Source: Chthoniobacterales bacterium (GTDB lineage: Bacteria > Verrucomicrobiota > Verrucomicrobiia > Chthoniobacterales > UBA6821). From it: a stretch of DNA of 62,724 nt. Each line of letters opens with the position of its first letter. Positions within the stretch are counted from its first letter, which is position 1. The stretch lies in NCBI GenBank assembly GCA_044236545.1, contig JBIIGI010000005.1, positions 1-62,724 of the forward strand, in the 5' to 3' direction. This document shows positions 25,071 through 34,650 of this stretch, piece by piece. The translations under genes and the position numbers were made by a program. The notes below the pieces were generated by a model. That model had not been told where the DNA came from. It worked only from the letters and a program-made list of their open reading frames with translations, and ran no database searches.

Positions 25071-26948
25071 ATGGAACTGAGCACAACAACGACGCGTCCC
25101 AGGGATGTCGACTGGAAGAGGGCGGCGGCGATCCTTTACGGCGACTGGGGAACGAGCAAGGCCTACGTCATCGGTCTGGCCTTCGCGGTGGCCGGTTACA
25201 GCTCCCCGTGGCTGATCGGGGCGATGTGCCTGCTGACGGCGCTGGTTGCCTATAACTACATCATCATCTGCCGCCATCATCCCAACGGGGCAGGAGTCTA
25301 CGCCACCGTGCGTGACCGTTCGGAGATCATCTCGATTGTCGGTGCTTTCCTTCTGGTTGCCGATTATGTGGTGACCGCTGCCGTCAGCGCGCTGGCAGCC
25401 TTTCTTTACCTTGGCTTTCCTCACCCCGAATGGTTTGCCGCAGGTTCGATCCTCCTCATCGGCGCCCTGAACTTCTTCGGTCCCAAGCATACCGGAGGCC
25501 TTGCGGTGCTGGTCTCGGTGCCGACCGCCATCGTTGTCATTCTCCTTGGAATCCTTGCGATTCCTCACCTTGGCGAGGCTGTGGCAAACACCCAGCCTCT
25601 TCACGGCGGTTTTGCTCATAATTGGGCGGCGTTCGTCGGTATTGTTCTCGCTCTGTCCGGAATCGAGTCGATCGCCAACGCCACCAGCGTGATGCAACTC
25701 GATCCGGGAAGCACCTTTGCAAAGCCGAGTGTTTCCAAGACCGCCACCAAGGCCCTGGTGCTTGTGATGATCGAGGTCTGTCTTTTCACCGCCCTGCTCG
25801 GCCTGGCCATGGCCGCATTGCCCGGCATGGTGGTCTCTCATGGAGAGGTGAACGCTCCCGGATCCGAGGGTGTGCGCGACTACATGCTCCGCTACATGGG
25901 TCAGGTCTTTGCCGGGAATGTCTTCGGCTCCGCAGTCGGTAACATTTTCGGGTGGGTGATCAGCGGTGTCTTTGCCTTTCTTCTGCTCTCCGCAGTGAGC
26001 ACAGCGATGATGGCGCTCAGTTCGATTTCCTTTCTGATGGCGCGCGACAAGGAGCTGCCGCCGATCTTTTCCAAACTGAACTCCTTTGGAGTGCCAAGAG
26101 TGGGGCTCCTGTTTGCGATGCTGATTCCGGCAGGCCTAGTGCTGGCCGTCAGTGACATGGCCGGATTGGCGGATCTTTACGCAGTTGGCGTGGTCGGCGC
26201 GATGGCGACGAACCTCTGGGCCAACAGCACCAACAAGAAACTCCCGCTCAAGACAGCCGAGCGCTCGCTGATGCTCTTCACGTTCTTGGTGATGGCGGCG
26301 ATCGAGATTTCCCTTTTGGTGGACAAGCCGAATGCCAGGATCTTCGCGTTCACGGTGCTCGCCATGGGTCTCATCCTGCGCGGTCTTGCCAAGGAGAGCG
26401 CAGAGAGGAAGCGCAAGGCCTCCGAGGCCGCCGCCATGGAGGCGGCCGTTCTTGCCGTGGAACGTGCCGCCAGGGAGCGTGCTGCTGAGACGCCGGAACC
26501 CGCCGCGCGCCTCCATGCTCCTCCACAGCCGGTCGTCCGCACCTACAGCGGGCCGATCCTCACCGCGGTTCGTGGCATGGGCCGGACCCTCGATTTTGCC
26601 GTCAAGGAGGCGCAGGAGAATGGACAGCCGCTCTACGTTCTCTTTGTGAGGGAACAGACCGTGATCGCCCCCGGCGACCGCAGGAAGAAATGGACCGAGG
26701 ACAAGCAGGCGCGTGAGATCTTCGAGTCACTCCGCGACAAGGGCCTCGGCGAGACCATCATCCCCTGCTATGCAGTCAGCGACGCCCCCGCACACACCAT
26801 CGCCGACCTCGCCTCCACCATCGGTGCCGAACGAGTTCTGCTGGGCGCACCTCAGCGCAGTGCCCTCATCCACATCCTCCGCGGAAATATCATCCGCGAA
26901 GTGGCCGGGTTGCTCCCCGACGATATTACCCTCCTCGTTTGTGTTTAG
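25071..26948 (+). CDS. APC-superfamily permease fused to a C-terminal universal-stress-protein (Usp) domain
   Basis: 625 aa. About 12 TM in the N-terminal portion. The soluble C-terminus PILTAVRGMGRTLDFAVKEAQENGQPLYVLFVRE...GAERVLLGAPQRSALIHILRGNIIREV is Usp-like. Confidence 0.8.
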   Translation: MELSTTTTRPRDVDWKRAAAILYGDWGTSKAYVIGLAFAVAGYSSPWLIGAMCLLTALVAYNYIIICRHHPNGAGVYATVRDRSEIISIVGAFLLVADYVVTAAVSALAAFLYLGFPHPEWFAAGSILLIGALNFFGPKHTGGLAVLVSVPTAIVVILLGILAIPHLGEAVANTQPLHGGFAHNWAAFVGIVLALSGIESIANATSVMQLDPGSTFAKPSVSKTATKALVLVMIEVCLFTALLGLAMAALPGMVVSHGEVNAPGSEGVRDYMLRYMGQVFAGNVFGSAVGNIFGWVISGVFAFLLLSAVSTAMMALSSISFLMARDKELPPIFSKLNSFGVPRVGLLFAMLIPAGLVLAVSDMAGLADLYAVGVVGAMATNLWANSTNKKLPLKTAERSLMLFTFLVMAAIEISLLVDKPNARIFAFTVLAMGLILRGLAKESAERKRKASEAAAMEAAVLAVERAARERAAETPEPAARLHAPPQPVVRTYSGPILTAVRGMGRTLDFAVKEAQENGQPLYVLFVREQTVIAPGDRRKKWTEDKQAREIFESLRDKGLGETIIPCYAVSDAPAHTIADLASTIGAERVLLGAPQRSALIHILRGNIIREVAGLLPDDITLLVCV

Positions 26949-27140
26949 GTGAGGAAGGCTTGAGATATTGGCGGATAGCGGCGTTGCCGCTCGTTCGCAG
27001 TAGTCCACTACAGCGTCACTCGCGCGCCTTGCTCTCCATCCAATCTTTCAAGCCTTACGGACAAACCTATTTCCACTTCAGGTAGGCGACGGCCCAGATC
27101 CGGGTGAGCGTGGCTGCCAAAGGCAGTCCAACCTGCTCCC

Positions 27141-27268
27141 GCCAGTCGCAGGTTTTTCGCGCCCCGCTGTGTTCTGCTACGCTCGCAACGCCGAGTGCTG
27201 GGAAGCACGGAATAGCCGATGCGAAGCATAGCCCCGAAAGGGGCGAGGCCGTCGGGAGACGGCGAGGC
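27141..27268. repeat. intergenic repeat family 3, copy 1
   Basis: gccagtcgcaggtttttcgcgccccgctgtgttctgctacgctcgcaacg... followed by gcgaagcatagccccgaaaggggcgaggc (GCCCC-GAAA-GGGGC hairpin). Confidence 0.6.
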
Positions 27269-27404
27269 AATATGATTCACACAGCTTCGCTTGCAGGCCT
27301 TGCGGTGCATCGAAACTTCCGAACCCTTGGAAGGATAGTTCATTACAGGTTTACTGGACCGCCTGGCTCTGGCCTCAAATTCCCGTCACACAAACCATCG
27401 CCTC

Positions 27405-27422
27405 TTTCCTGAGTTCCATATT
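27405..27422. repeat. solo GGAACTCA-type arm
   Basis: tttcctgagttccatatt. The only possible partner is the weak aatggaactca at 27546-27556. Confidence 0.55.
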
Positions 27423-27425
27423 AAC

Positions 27426-27527
27426 CCGGATTGCGCAATTGAGCGGTGTTGACAGGTTTGAGCGGTTCACCCGGATGGTGAGTCCCTGGAAGGGTTAAAA
27501 GCGTTACACCGTTAAAAGGTTACAAGG
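27426..27527 (+). repeat. intergenic repeat arm-1, copy C (diverged, opposite orientation)
   Basis: ccggattgcgcaattgagcggtgttgacaggtttgagcggttcacccggatggtgagtccctggaagggttaaaagcgttacaccgttaaaaggttacaagg. This is a diverged reverse complement of copies A and B. Confidence 0.7.
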
Positions 27528-27630
27528 GGCTGAAGTCCTAGGCCGAATGGAACTCATGCAGGCATCTTTTGACGACGCTTTCCCTGACATTCCCCTCCCG
27601 AATCTTGGGTCAGGGAACTCCCGGATCCAC

Positions 27631-27703
27631 GTTGTAACATTTTCACTTTTTAACTCTTTTAACGCGGCCTCCCATGATCTCAGCAATTCCCAATGCAAAT
27701 TCT
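27631..27703 (-). repeat. intergenic repeat arm-2, copy C
   Basis: The reverse complement reads agaatttgcattgggaattgc...gttaaaagagttaaaaagtgaaaatgttacaac. It shares atttgcattggga and the gttaaaag/gttac motif layout with copy A. Confidence 0.6.
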
Positions 27704-27728
27704 GGGATCAAGGCATCTCTTCACATCC

Positions 27729-28748
27729 TCAATCCCTGCTGAGTTCGCAGGAGTGGGCGGCGAAGCCTGCTCCGAAGGCGGTGAGCCATATGTTGCGGGC
27801 TGGAGTCTTCAAGGCCTCCTGCAGGGCGACGAGAACGCTCGGGCTGCTGATGTTGCCGTAATGCCTGAGGACTTCACGGGTTTCGGTCAACAGATGATCC
27901 GGAAGTGCCGCCTCAAGCGCTTCCACGACATCGCGTCCCCCGGTGTGGGCGATGACTTTATCGGGATCACGCGACCGGAGTTCGTAGAGTTCCTTCACAG
28001 CCTCGGCGGCCAAGGAAGGAACGGATCGGTGGAGTTGGTTTTTGAGTTTTCCGTTTGCATTCACGAAACGGATTTTCTCCCGATGCTCCGGCTTGTGGAG
28101 TGTGCGGAAATTCGAGAATCGGAATTGATTGCCGCGGCTTTCAGGACGCCAGAGGCATGCGGCGGCACCATCTCCAAAAAGACAAAGGCTGATCAGGACA
28201 CCCGGGTCGTCATCCACATAAAAGGCCGCCGAGGAGATCTCGACTGCTATCGTGGCGATCAAAGCGCCTGGTTTTGCAGCGGCTATCCCGCGGGCCGCCT
28301 CCAGCATCGGCAGGGCCGCCCCGCAACCCAGACCGAGGAGGTCCTGAAGGAGGGCGTCCGCACGCATCCCTAGTTTTTCCGAGACGTGGCTGGAAAGACC
28401 CGGACAGAGGTAGCCGGTGCAGGTGCAGATCAGGAGTGCGTCGATTTCGGAGGGTTTGACCCCTGCCTTCTCACACGCCTTTTGCAGGGCCTGAGCGGCC
28501 AGACGGGGTGCGTGTTCTTCAAAGATCCGGTGCAATCCCCCTGCATCCTCTCCCAGCACATCCGCGATGCGCGGGGGGGAGAGACGGCGTGTCTCGATGC
28601 CCGAATCCCCGCAGAGAACCTTCTCCAGAATCTGGCGGGATCGGGGCTTGATGGCCTCCATTGCCTCGGAGGAGGAGAGGATCCGAAAGCACTCCTGCTG
28701 GGTGTATTCGTGTTCTGGAAAAGCGGTCGCGAGGGATTGGAGGTACAT
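27729..28748 (-). CDS. type III polyketide synthase (chalcone/stilbene synthase superfamily)
   Basis: 339 aa. Catalytic triad context [12 protein letters not shown] (Cys), [12 protein letters not shown] (His) and [14 protein letters not shown] (Asn). Confidence 0.85.
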   Translation of the reverse strand: MYLQSLATAFPEHEYTQQECFRILSSSEAMEAIKPRSRQILEKVLCGDSGIETRRLSPPRIADVLGEDAGGLHRIFEEHAPRLAAQALQKACEKAGVKPSEIDALLICTCTGYLCPGLSSHVSEKLGMRADALLQDLLGLGCGAALPMLEAARGIAAAKPGALIATIAVEISSAAFYVDDDPGVLISLCLFGDGAAACLWRPESRGNQFRFSNFRTLHKPEHREKIRFVNANGKLKNQLHRSVPSLAAEAVKELYELRSRDPDKVIAHTGGRDVVEALEAALPDHLLTETREVLRHYGNISSPSVLVALQEALKTPARNIWLTAFGAGFAAHSCELSRD

Positions 28749-28829
28749 GGGGAGAGTTAGAGCGATTTCTGTTTATTCAGTCGTATTCCAAAATGAGAAG
28801 TAATCACCGAGAGGCCGCCGTGGGCAGTT

Positions 28830-29034
28830 AATCAGGAACTCAGGAACTCAGGAAAAATCAAACCTATGAAGATAGTGACGAGGTAAGGAGTTGAATTCCT
28901 CTAACGGAACTGTGCTGAAAGAAGATATGCCCATTCAACCCGTATGCAGAGGTGTTCTGCGATCAACCCGCATCGCTGTCCCAAATGCTGCGTTTCTCCT
29001 GAGTCACCTTTCCTGAGTTCTTGAGTTCCATATT
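28830..29034. repeat. GGAACTCA-type inverted-repeat element, copy 3 (inside the PKS operon)
   Basis: aatcaggaactcaggaactcaggaaa (28830-28855) and tttcctgagttcttgagttccatatt (29009-29034). Confidence 0.8.
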
Positions 29035-29106
29035 GATGATGCAGTCTCTCCTGAAGCGACAGATTCAACGCAAGAGATTATCTAAAATCATAGAGTTAAA
29101 TGTTCT

Positions 29107-30102
29107 TTACCGCAGGAGTCGATAGAGGGCTCCGTAGGGGAGCAGGTGTGCCGAGGCGGCCATCTCCAGAAGCTTCAGGCCGGAGCGACTTGTCATCACG
29201 GGATGGATCAGGGAGGCAAAGCTCATGCGGCGCCGGAAATGCCTCCGCTGGGCCGCGGCGCTTCGCGCCGATGCATTGTCCCAAGAAATCTTTCCCTCCG
29301 CGTAATCCATGGCTGGTTGGATGGCCTGATCCGCCGCTTCCAGAGCCATGCTCATTCCGTTGCCGGTGAATGGTGGAATCATCAGGGCGGCATCCCCGAT
29401 AGAGAACGCAGCCGACGCAGTCCTGCCGAAGCGAAACCCAGCCACTCCGCAGAAGCTCTCGGGATCGGGAAGGGCGCCGCCGATCCGCTTGGCCAGGCGG
29501 TCAAGGCCCCCTGCCCGGAGGCATTCGAGCAGGAGATTGATTCCCTTACCGGAAGCAGATCCGGCATGAAAGAGCCCGCAGAGATTCACCGATCCTCCTT
29601 CGACCCGCGCGAGTCCGGCATAACCCAAAGTCCCGACATGCATCTCTAGATCATGGGTCAGTTCCAGATTTCTCACATGGCATTTCAGTCCGATCCACGG
29701 CGAGGATTGCCGCACACGACCCGCGGCCCAGACGACGCCTTCTCCTTGCTGGATGCGTGACTCGGTCACAAGGGTGCCGCCCAAGCGCGTGAATCTTTTC
29801 TGTAGGCGGTCATCGAGTAGTCGGCGGGAAATCCCCCTCCCCGAAACGCCGATCTCACCCAATTGTCGGGAGTTATTTCTCCAGCAGGAACTGTTCAGCG
29901 CAATGGCATCGGCCAGATCCTCTGAAATACCGAGGCGTTCCAGAGTTCCATCGCTTACCCCACTCAGGAATTCCCCGCAGACCCGGTGGCGGGGATAGCT
30001 TCCGGCTTCGTGGAGCGTGACGGCAACGCCACGATTTCTGAGGGCGATCCCGAGGGAGAGGCCCGCAAGTCCGCCCCCGGCAATCGTGATGTGACGCTTC
30101 AC
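29107..30102 (-). CDS. FAD-dependent oxidoreductase/monooxygenase (geranylgeranyl-reductase-like fold)
   Basis: ORF 29107..30156. I prefer the GTG start at 30102 because it forms a GTGA overlap with the methyltransferase stop. Dinucleotide-binding motif ITIAGGGLAGLSLGIAL and a distal GDAALMIPPFTGNGMSMAL motif. Confidence 0.8.
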   Translation of the reverse strand: MKRHITIAGGGLAGLSLGIALRNRGVAVTLHEAGSYPRHRVCGEFLSGVSDGTLERLGISEDLADAIALNSSCWRNNSRQLGEIGVSGRGISRRLLDDRLQKRFTRLGGTLVTESRIQQGEGVVWAAGRVRQSSPWIGLKCHVRNLELTHDLEMHVGTLGYAGLARVEGGSVNLCGLFHAGSASGKGINLLLECLRAGGLDRLAKRIGGALPDPESFCGVAGFRFGRTASAAFSIGDAALMIPPFTGNGMSMALEAADQAIQPAMDYAEGKISWDNASARSAAAQRRHFRRRMSFASLIHPVMTSRSGLKLLEMAASAHLLPYGALYRLLR

Positions 30103-30740
30103 GTGCGCGAGGCTATCAGTCGCAGGCTTCCCCGTCGCGACTCCTTTTCCTCCCACTTCCAGAGGCTTGGATCAAGAGCGAGCAATAGGGGGAGTTCCCC
30201 TTTGCGGAAACCCGAACGGATGCTCGCCGGCATGTCATGTCGGGTCACTTCTCCCGCTAGCGGGAGAACCAGATGTGCCAGAGCCAGTGGCAGGGGAGCG
30301 CGGAGTGGTTCGCTGAAGATGAGAAGCCGGAAGCGTTGAAGCAATGCGCCGAGAGAGACGAGGCCCGCCGCGTCAAAATGATGCAGGATCAGATTGCCGA
30401 TGCAGGCATCGCCCTCGGTCTCCAAAAGGGTCTGGGAAAAATCCCCCTGGACCCACCCGACGCTCGCGGGGAGATTGTCGGGTCGCGGTGCCAGATCGAG
30501 GCCGGTTGCCCTGGTCATGGGGAGGGAGTTGAAAATCCGCCGGGTCAGATGCCCCTCCCCGGCGCCCAACTCGATCACTCCCTCAGAAAGGCGTCGCTGG
30601 GCGGCAAGTTGCCTAACGATCCAGCGTTCATTGCCGAGGAAGGCATTGATGAGCCTCAGGTCGCGCCTGCTTCGTATTGCCCGTGGATCCGATGCCTTAA
30701 TCGAGTCCAGTAACTCGGGAACAAGTCGGCGTGTATGCAT
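30099..30740 (-). CDS. class I SAM-dependent methyltransferase
   Basis: 213 aa. SAM motif I VIELGAGEGHLTRR. Co-oriented and coupled with the oxidoreductase. Confidence 0.72.
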   Translation of the reverse strand: MHTRRLVPELLDSIKASDPRAIRSRRDLRLINAFLGNERWIVRQLAAQRRLSEGVIELGAGEGHLTRRIFNSLPMTRATGLDLAPRPDNLPASVGWVQGDFSQTLLETEGDACIGNLILHHFDAAGLVSLGALLQRFRLLIFSEPLRAPLPLALAHLVLPLAGEVTRHDMPASIRSGFRKGELPLLLALDPSLWKWEEKESRRGSLRLIASRT

Positions 30741-31014
30741 GGGTTCTGGCGGTCTCGGCGAGGCGGCGCTCTGAGGGTATCAGTGATGACCTCACCATAC
30801 TACTTGGCGCGGACCGGGCCGCCGTTGCAATTCTTTCCGGACTTCCCGTTCCGGGAGATGGAGTCATCGTTTGCCACGCCTTAGCATCTTGCGCTCGTGC
30901 AGGGATTGGATCCTTCTCGAGGCAACGTAAAAGATGATCCCCGACGAAACCGAGATCAGGAGATTCAGGATGATGTGGGCCATGGTTGTTGGACATGGCG
31001 TGGAGAGGCTCCGT

Positions 31015-31620
31015 TCAATCCAAAGTCCCCGGGGGTGGCAGGCAGGTTTTCGCCCCAAGGGCTTCGCCGAGCCTTTCCAGATATTCCTCTCTCGGGATTT
31101 CGCGGGCGCCGAACTGTGCCAGATGGGGCGTGTTCCACTGGGTGTCGAGCAGGGTGAATCCGCCCGCCCGCAGGATCCGGACGAGATGCCAGAGAGCGAC
31201 CTTGGAGGCGTCGGTGACCCGATGGAACATCGATTCTCCGAAGAAGGCGCCTCCGAGCGCGACACCGTAGAGCCCCCCTGCAAGCTTCCCCCCATGCCAG
31301 ACCTCAACGGAATGTGCGTGGCCGCTTTCAAAGAGCTTCCCGTAACTGGCAGCGATCGCCTCGGTGATCCAGGTCGACTCCCGGTCGGCGCATGCGCTCA
31401 CCACTTCGGGAAAATCCGAATCGATCCGGATCTCCCATCCCGTCCTCCTGAGCGCCCTGCGCAGCCCGTGCGGCGTTTGAAAACCCTCCAGGGGAAGAAT
31501 CCCCCTGGGATCGGGTGAGAACCATCCGATCTTCCCGTCCGGCATCCCCATGGGGAATATTCCCGAGGCATACGCCTCCAACAGGAGTTCGGGATGGAGG
31601 GAATCCTTCATGACGGGCAT
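31015..31620 (-). CDS. aat: leucyl/phenylalanyl-tRNA--protein transferase
   Basis: ORF 31015..31704 with the conserved part starting at ATG 31620. LLEAYASGIFPMG, GWFSPDPRGILPL, GGLYGVALGGAFFGESMF and LLDTQWNTPHLAQFGA are typical Aat motifs. Confidence 0.85.
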   Translation of the reverse strand: MPVMKDSLHPELLLEAYASGIFPMGMPDGKIGWFSPDPRGILPLEGFQTPHGLRRALRRTGWEIRIDSDFPEVVSACADRESTWITEAIAASYGKLFESGHAHSVEVWHGGKLAGGLYGVALGGAFFGESMFHRVTDASKVALWHLVRILRAGGFTLLDTQWNTPHLAQFGAREIPREEYLERLGEALGAKTCLPPPGTLD

Positions 31621-31802
31621 CAGGTTATCGAAAAAGTCGGAAGGAAAAATGAAGAAGGAAAAATGAGGGAAGGTGCCGAACTCATCAACTCGGAACGGGA
31701 TCAACCCGTTGGGGGCGAGTAGCCCAACAGTCTAACAGCCTAAACTCCCATCTCCCCGCCTTCCTGTATTGCCTTCTCGTCCGGATCTTCTAGGTTCGTC
31801 GG

Positions 31803-31991
31803 GTGAAACTGCTCCGCAGAATTTTTCTCCCCTCCATTGCACTGATCCCGCTTCTTGCGCTGGGCGGTTGCGCCAGCGCCGAGATGGACATGGACGACGT
31901 CGCCAACACGGCCGTCCAGGGACTTGAGGGCAAGGGCCATCTGTATACCGAAAAAGTGATGAAGGATCAGATCGGCAACGATTTCCAATAA
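31803..31991 (+). CDS. small putative lipoprotein
   Basis: GTG start, 62 aa. Signal peptide with lipobox LALGGC. Confidence 0.4.
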   Translation: MKLLRRIFLPSIALIPLLALGGCASAEMDMDDVANTAVQGLEGKGHLYTEKVMKDQIGNDFQ

Positions 31992-32010
31992 ATAAGCACC
32001 GACTTCCACC

Positions 32011-33663
32011 ATGCCAAGCCGCGCCAGCAAGAAGACATCCACACCCGGCAAGAAAGCCTCCGGCCAAGCCAGATCCTCCTCCGCCCGGATCACGAAAGCC
32101 TCCTCCAAGATTGTCATCCTTGATTTCGGATCGCAGTACACGCAGGTGATCGCCCGCCGCGTGCGCGAGTGCCGCGTCTTCTCCGAGATCGTTCCTCACA
32201 CCACCAAGGCCGCCGAGATCATGGCCGATGGCACGGTGAAGGGGATCATCCTCTCGGGCGGTCCGGCCAGCGTCTACGCCCCTAAGGCCCCGAAGGTCGA
32301 TCCCGCGATCTACGAACTCGGCCTCCCGATCCTCGGCATCTGCTACGGCATGCAGCTTCTCTCGCGCGATCTCGGCGGTTCCGTCGCCCGCTCCACCCAC
32401 CGCGAGTATGGCAAGGGAGTTCTCGCGACCATCGGATCCTCACCGCTCTTCAAGGGGCTGCCGAAGAAGCTCGATGTCTGGAACAGTCACGGCGACCGCG
32501 TCGAGAAACTCCCCAAGGGCTTCGCCGCCATCGGAACCACGGAGAACGCGCCTCACGCCGTCATCGCCGACGCGAAGAGAAAGATCTACGGGATGCAGTT
32601 CCATCCCGAGGTGCACCACACCCCCAAGGGCAAGGCAATCCTGCAAAACTTTCTTCACGCTATCTGCGGCTGCAAGAGCGACTGGACCATGGGCTCCTTC
32701 ATCGAGCGCATCTGCGCCCAGATCCGGCAACAGGTGGGCGATGGACGCGTGATCCTTGGCCTGAGCGGCGGCGTCGATTCCTCCGTGGCTGCCGCACTCA
32801 TCCACAAGGCCATCGGTGACCAACTCACCTGCATCTTCGTGGACAACGGCCTTCTCCGTTTCGGCGAGCGCGATGCGGTCGACAAGCTCTTCGGACGCAA
32901 CTTCAAGATCCGCCTCAAGATTGTCGATGGAACCAAGCGCTTCCTGGGAGGTCTCAAGGGAGTCACCGATCCTGAGAAGAAGCGCAAGATCATCGGCGCC
33001 GAATTCATCCGCATCTTCGAGCAGGCGGCGGAGGATCTCCGGAAGTCGGCCAAGGGGTCGAAACACCCCTTCAAGTTCCTCGCTCAAGGAACCCTCTATC
33101 CCGACGTCATCGAGAGCGTGCCGATCGCGGGTAATCCCGCCTCCCTCATCAAGAGCCACCACAATGTCGGAGGCCTCCCCAAGGACATGAAGTTCGAGCT
33201 CGTCGAGCCGCTCCGTCAGCTTTTCAAGGACGAGGTGCGCGAGGTCGGCCGCGAACTGGGACTTCCCCGCGAGGTGGTGGACCGCCAGCCCTTCCCGGGT
33301 CCCGGTCTTGCTGTCCGCATCGTGGGCGCCATCACCCCGGAGCGACTCCGCATCGTACGTGACGCTGACCGCATTGTCCTCGAGGAGATGAAGAACTCGG
33401 GCTGGTACTTCAAGGTTTGGCAGTCCTTCGCAGTCCTCCTGCCCGTCCAGTCTGTGGGAGTCATGGGCGACGAGCGCACCTACGACTACACGATCGCCCT
33501 CCGCGTCGTGGAGAGTCAGGACGGCATGACGGCCGACTGGGTGCGCCTCCCATACGACCTGCTCGGCAAGATCTCCAGCCGCATCATCAACGAGGTCAAG
33601 GGCGTGAACCGCTGCGTGCTCGACGTCTCGAGCAAGCCGCCCGCCACCATTGAGTGGGAATAA
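32011..33663 (+). CDS. guaA: GMP synthase (glutamine-hydrolysing)
   Basis: 550 aa. GATase [10 protein letters not shown] (Cys) and HPEV. ATP-PPase [11 protein letters not shown]-terminus PPATIEWE. It has a K/S-rich N-terminal extension of about 30 aa. Confidence 0.95.
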   Translation: MPSRASKKTSTPGKKASGQARSSSARITKASSKIVILDFGSQYTQVIARRVRECRVFSEIVPHTTKAAEIMADGTVKGIILSGGPASVYAPKAPKVDPAIYELGLPILGICYGMQLLSRDLGGSVARSTHREYGKGVLATIGSSPLFKGLPKKLDVWNSHGDRVEKLPKGFAAIGTTENAPHAVIADAKRKIYGMQFHPEVHHTPKGKAILQNFLHAICGCKSDWTMGSFIERICAQIRQQVGDGRVILGLSGGVDSSVAAALIHKAIGDQLTCIFVDNGLLRFGERDAVDKLFGRNFKIRLKIVDGTKRFLGGLKGVTDPEKKRKIIGAEFIRIFEQAAEDLRKSAKGSKHPFKFLAQGTLYPDVIESVPIAGNPASLIKSHHNVGGLPKDMKFELVEPLRQLFKDEVREVGRELGLPREVVDRQPFPGPGLAVRIVGAITPERLRIVRDADRIVLEEMKNSGWYFKVWQSFAVLLPVQSVGVMGDERTYDYTIALRVVESQDGMTADWVRLPYDLLGKISSRIINEVKGVNRCVLDVSSKPPATIEWE

Positions 33664-33671
33664 CCCGTTCC

Positions 33672-34160
33672 ATGAGCCGTCGCCGCGCGATCTATCCGGG
33701 AAGCTTCGATCCGGTGACCAATGGTCATCTTGACCTGATCTCCCGGTCCCTCGGACTCTTCGACGAGGTGATCATCGGGGTGGCCGACAACGAGGCGAAG
33801 AGCCCGCTCTTCGCCACGGAGGAACGCGTCGATCTGATCCGCCGAAGTGTCGGCGATCAGCCTGGCCTCTCCGTGGAGCCGCTCAACGGCTTGTTGGTAG
33901 ATTTCTGCCGCCGCCGGGAATCCTTCGTCGTCATCCGGGGACTGAGGGCCGTCTCCGACTTCGAGTTCGAGTTCCAGATGGCACTGACCAACCGCCGCCT
34001 CGAACCGAAGATCGAGACGATCTTCCTGACACCGCGCGAGGATTGCATCTTCCTGAGTTCGCGGCTGGTGAAGGAGGTCGCGCGTCTGGGCGGGGACGTC
34101 TCCCCGTTTGTCTCCGATCCCGTGCTTGGTGCCCTGACCGAAAAATTTCCCAAGGACTGA
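33672..34160 (+). CDS. coaD: phosphopantetheine adenylyltransferase
   Basis: ATG 33672. AIYPGSFDPVTNGHLDLI (HxGH-type motif). About 160 aa. Confidence 0.9.
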   Translation: MSRRRAIYPGSFDPVTNGHLDLISRSLGLFDEVIIGVADNEAKSPLFATEERVDLIRRSVGDQPGLSVEPLNGLLVDFCRRRESFVVIRGLRAVSDFEFEFQMALTNRRLEPKIETIFLTPREDCIFLSSRLVKEVARLGGDVSPFVSDPVLGALTEKFPKD

Positions 34161-34494
34161 GGAAACTGGAGTGACGGTTAGAAAGGTTAAAATCGTTAAA
34201 AGGGTTAAAACGGAAGGGAGAATTCGAAACCCTTCGGCATTCAGTCACCTTGCAACCCTTGTAACGTTTCACGGTTCAACCCAGATTTTTCATTAGGGCC
34301 AGGATTACGGGAGCGGGGAAAGGGGTTAAAAAAGTTAGCCGTAACGCAGGCCGTCAGGCCGAGGCCGGGCTAGCAAAGTTGAAGCGTTACAAAGTGGATC
34401 CAAACAGCCCTGATCTGAGAATCGAGATGGCGAATTCAGAGAACTCGTCATAGCAGAAAGGGCCGGAGAGTCGAATCAGGGTTTCCAATTCAGT

Positions 34495-34596
34495 CCCTTG
34501 TAACCCTTTTAACGGTTCAACGTTTTTAACTCCCTGAGGGCCACCATCCGTGCGAGCCATCCACACCAGTTGATGCCGCTCTATTGCAAAATCCAG
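34495..34596 (-). repeat. intergenic repeat arm-1, copy B
   Basis: Contains ccatccacaccagttgatgccgctctattgcaaaatcc, which is identical to copy A. The flanking gtaac/ttttaac motifs are conserved. Confidence 0.8.
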
Positions 34597-34650
34597 GTTC
34601 AACTTTCACCATCCCTTCCATCCCTGTGAATCTTGGGCTAGGGTATCTCC

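Noticed and set aside
5399-29034. Possibility that the GGAACTCA repeats form a CRISPR array
   Set aside because: The repeats occur as inverted pairs at four scattered loci. There is no series of direct repeats with regular spacers, and no cas genes are present.
30697-30996. 99-aa minus-strand ORF in the methyltransferase-aat spacer
   Set aside because: It overlaps the methyltransferase 5' end, has no motifs, and has a P/S/A-rich composition.
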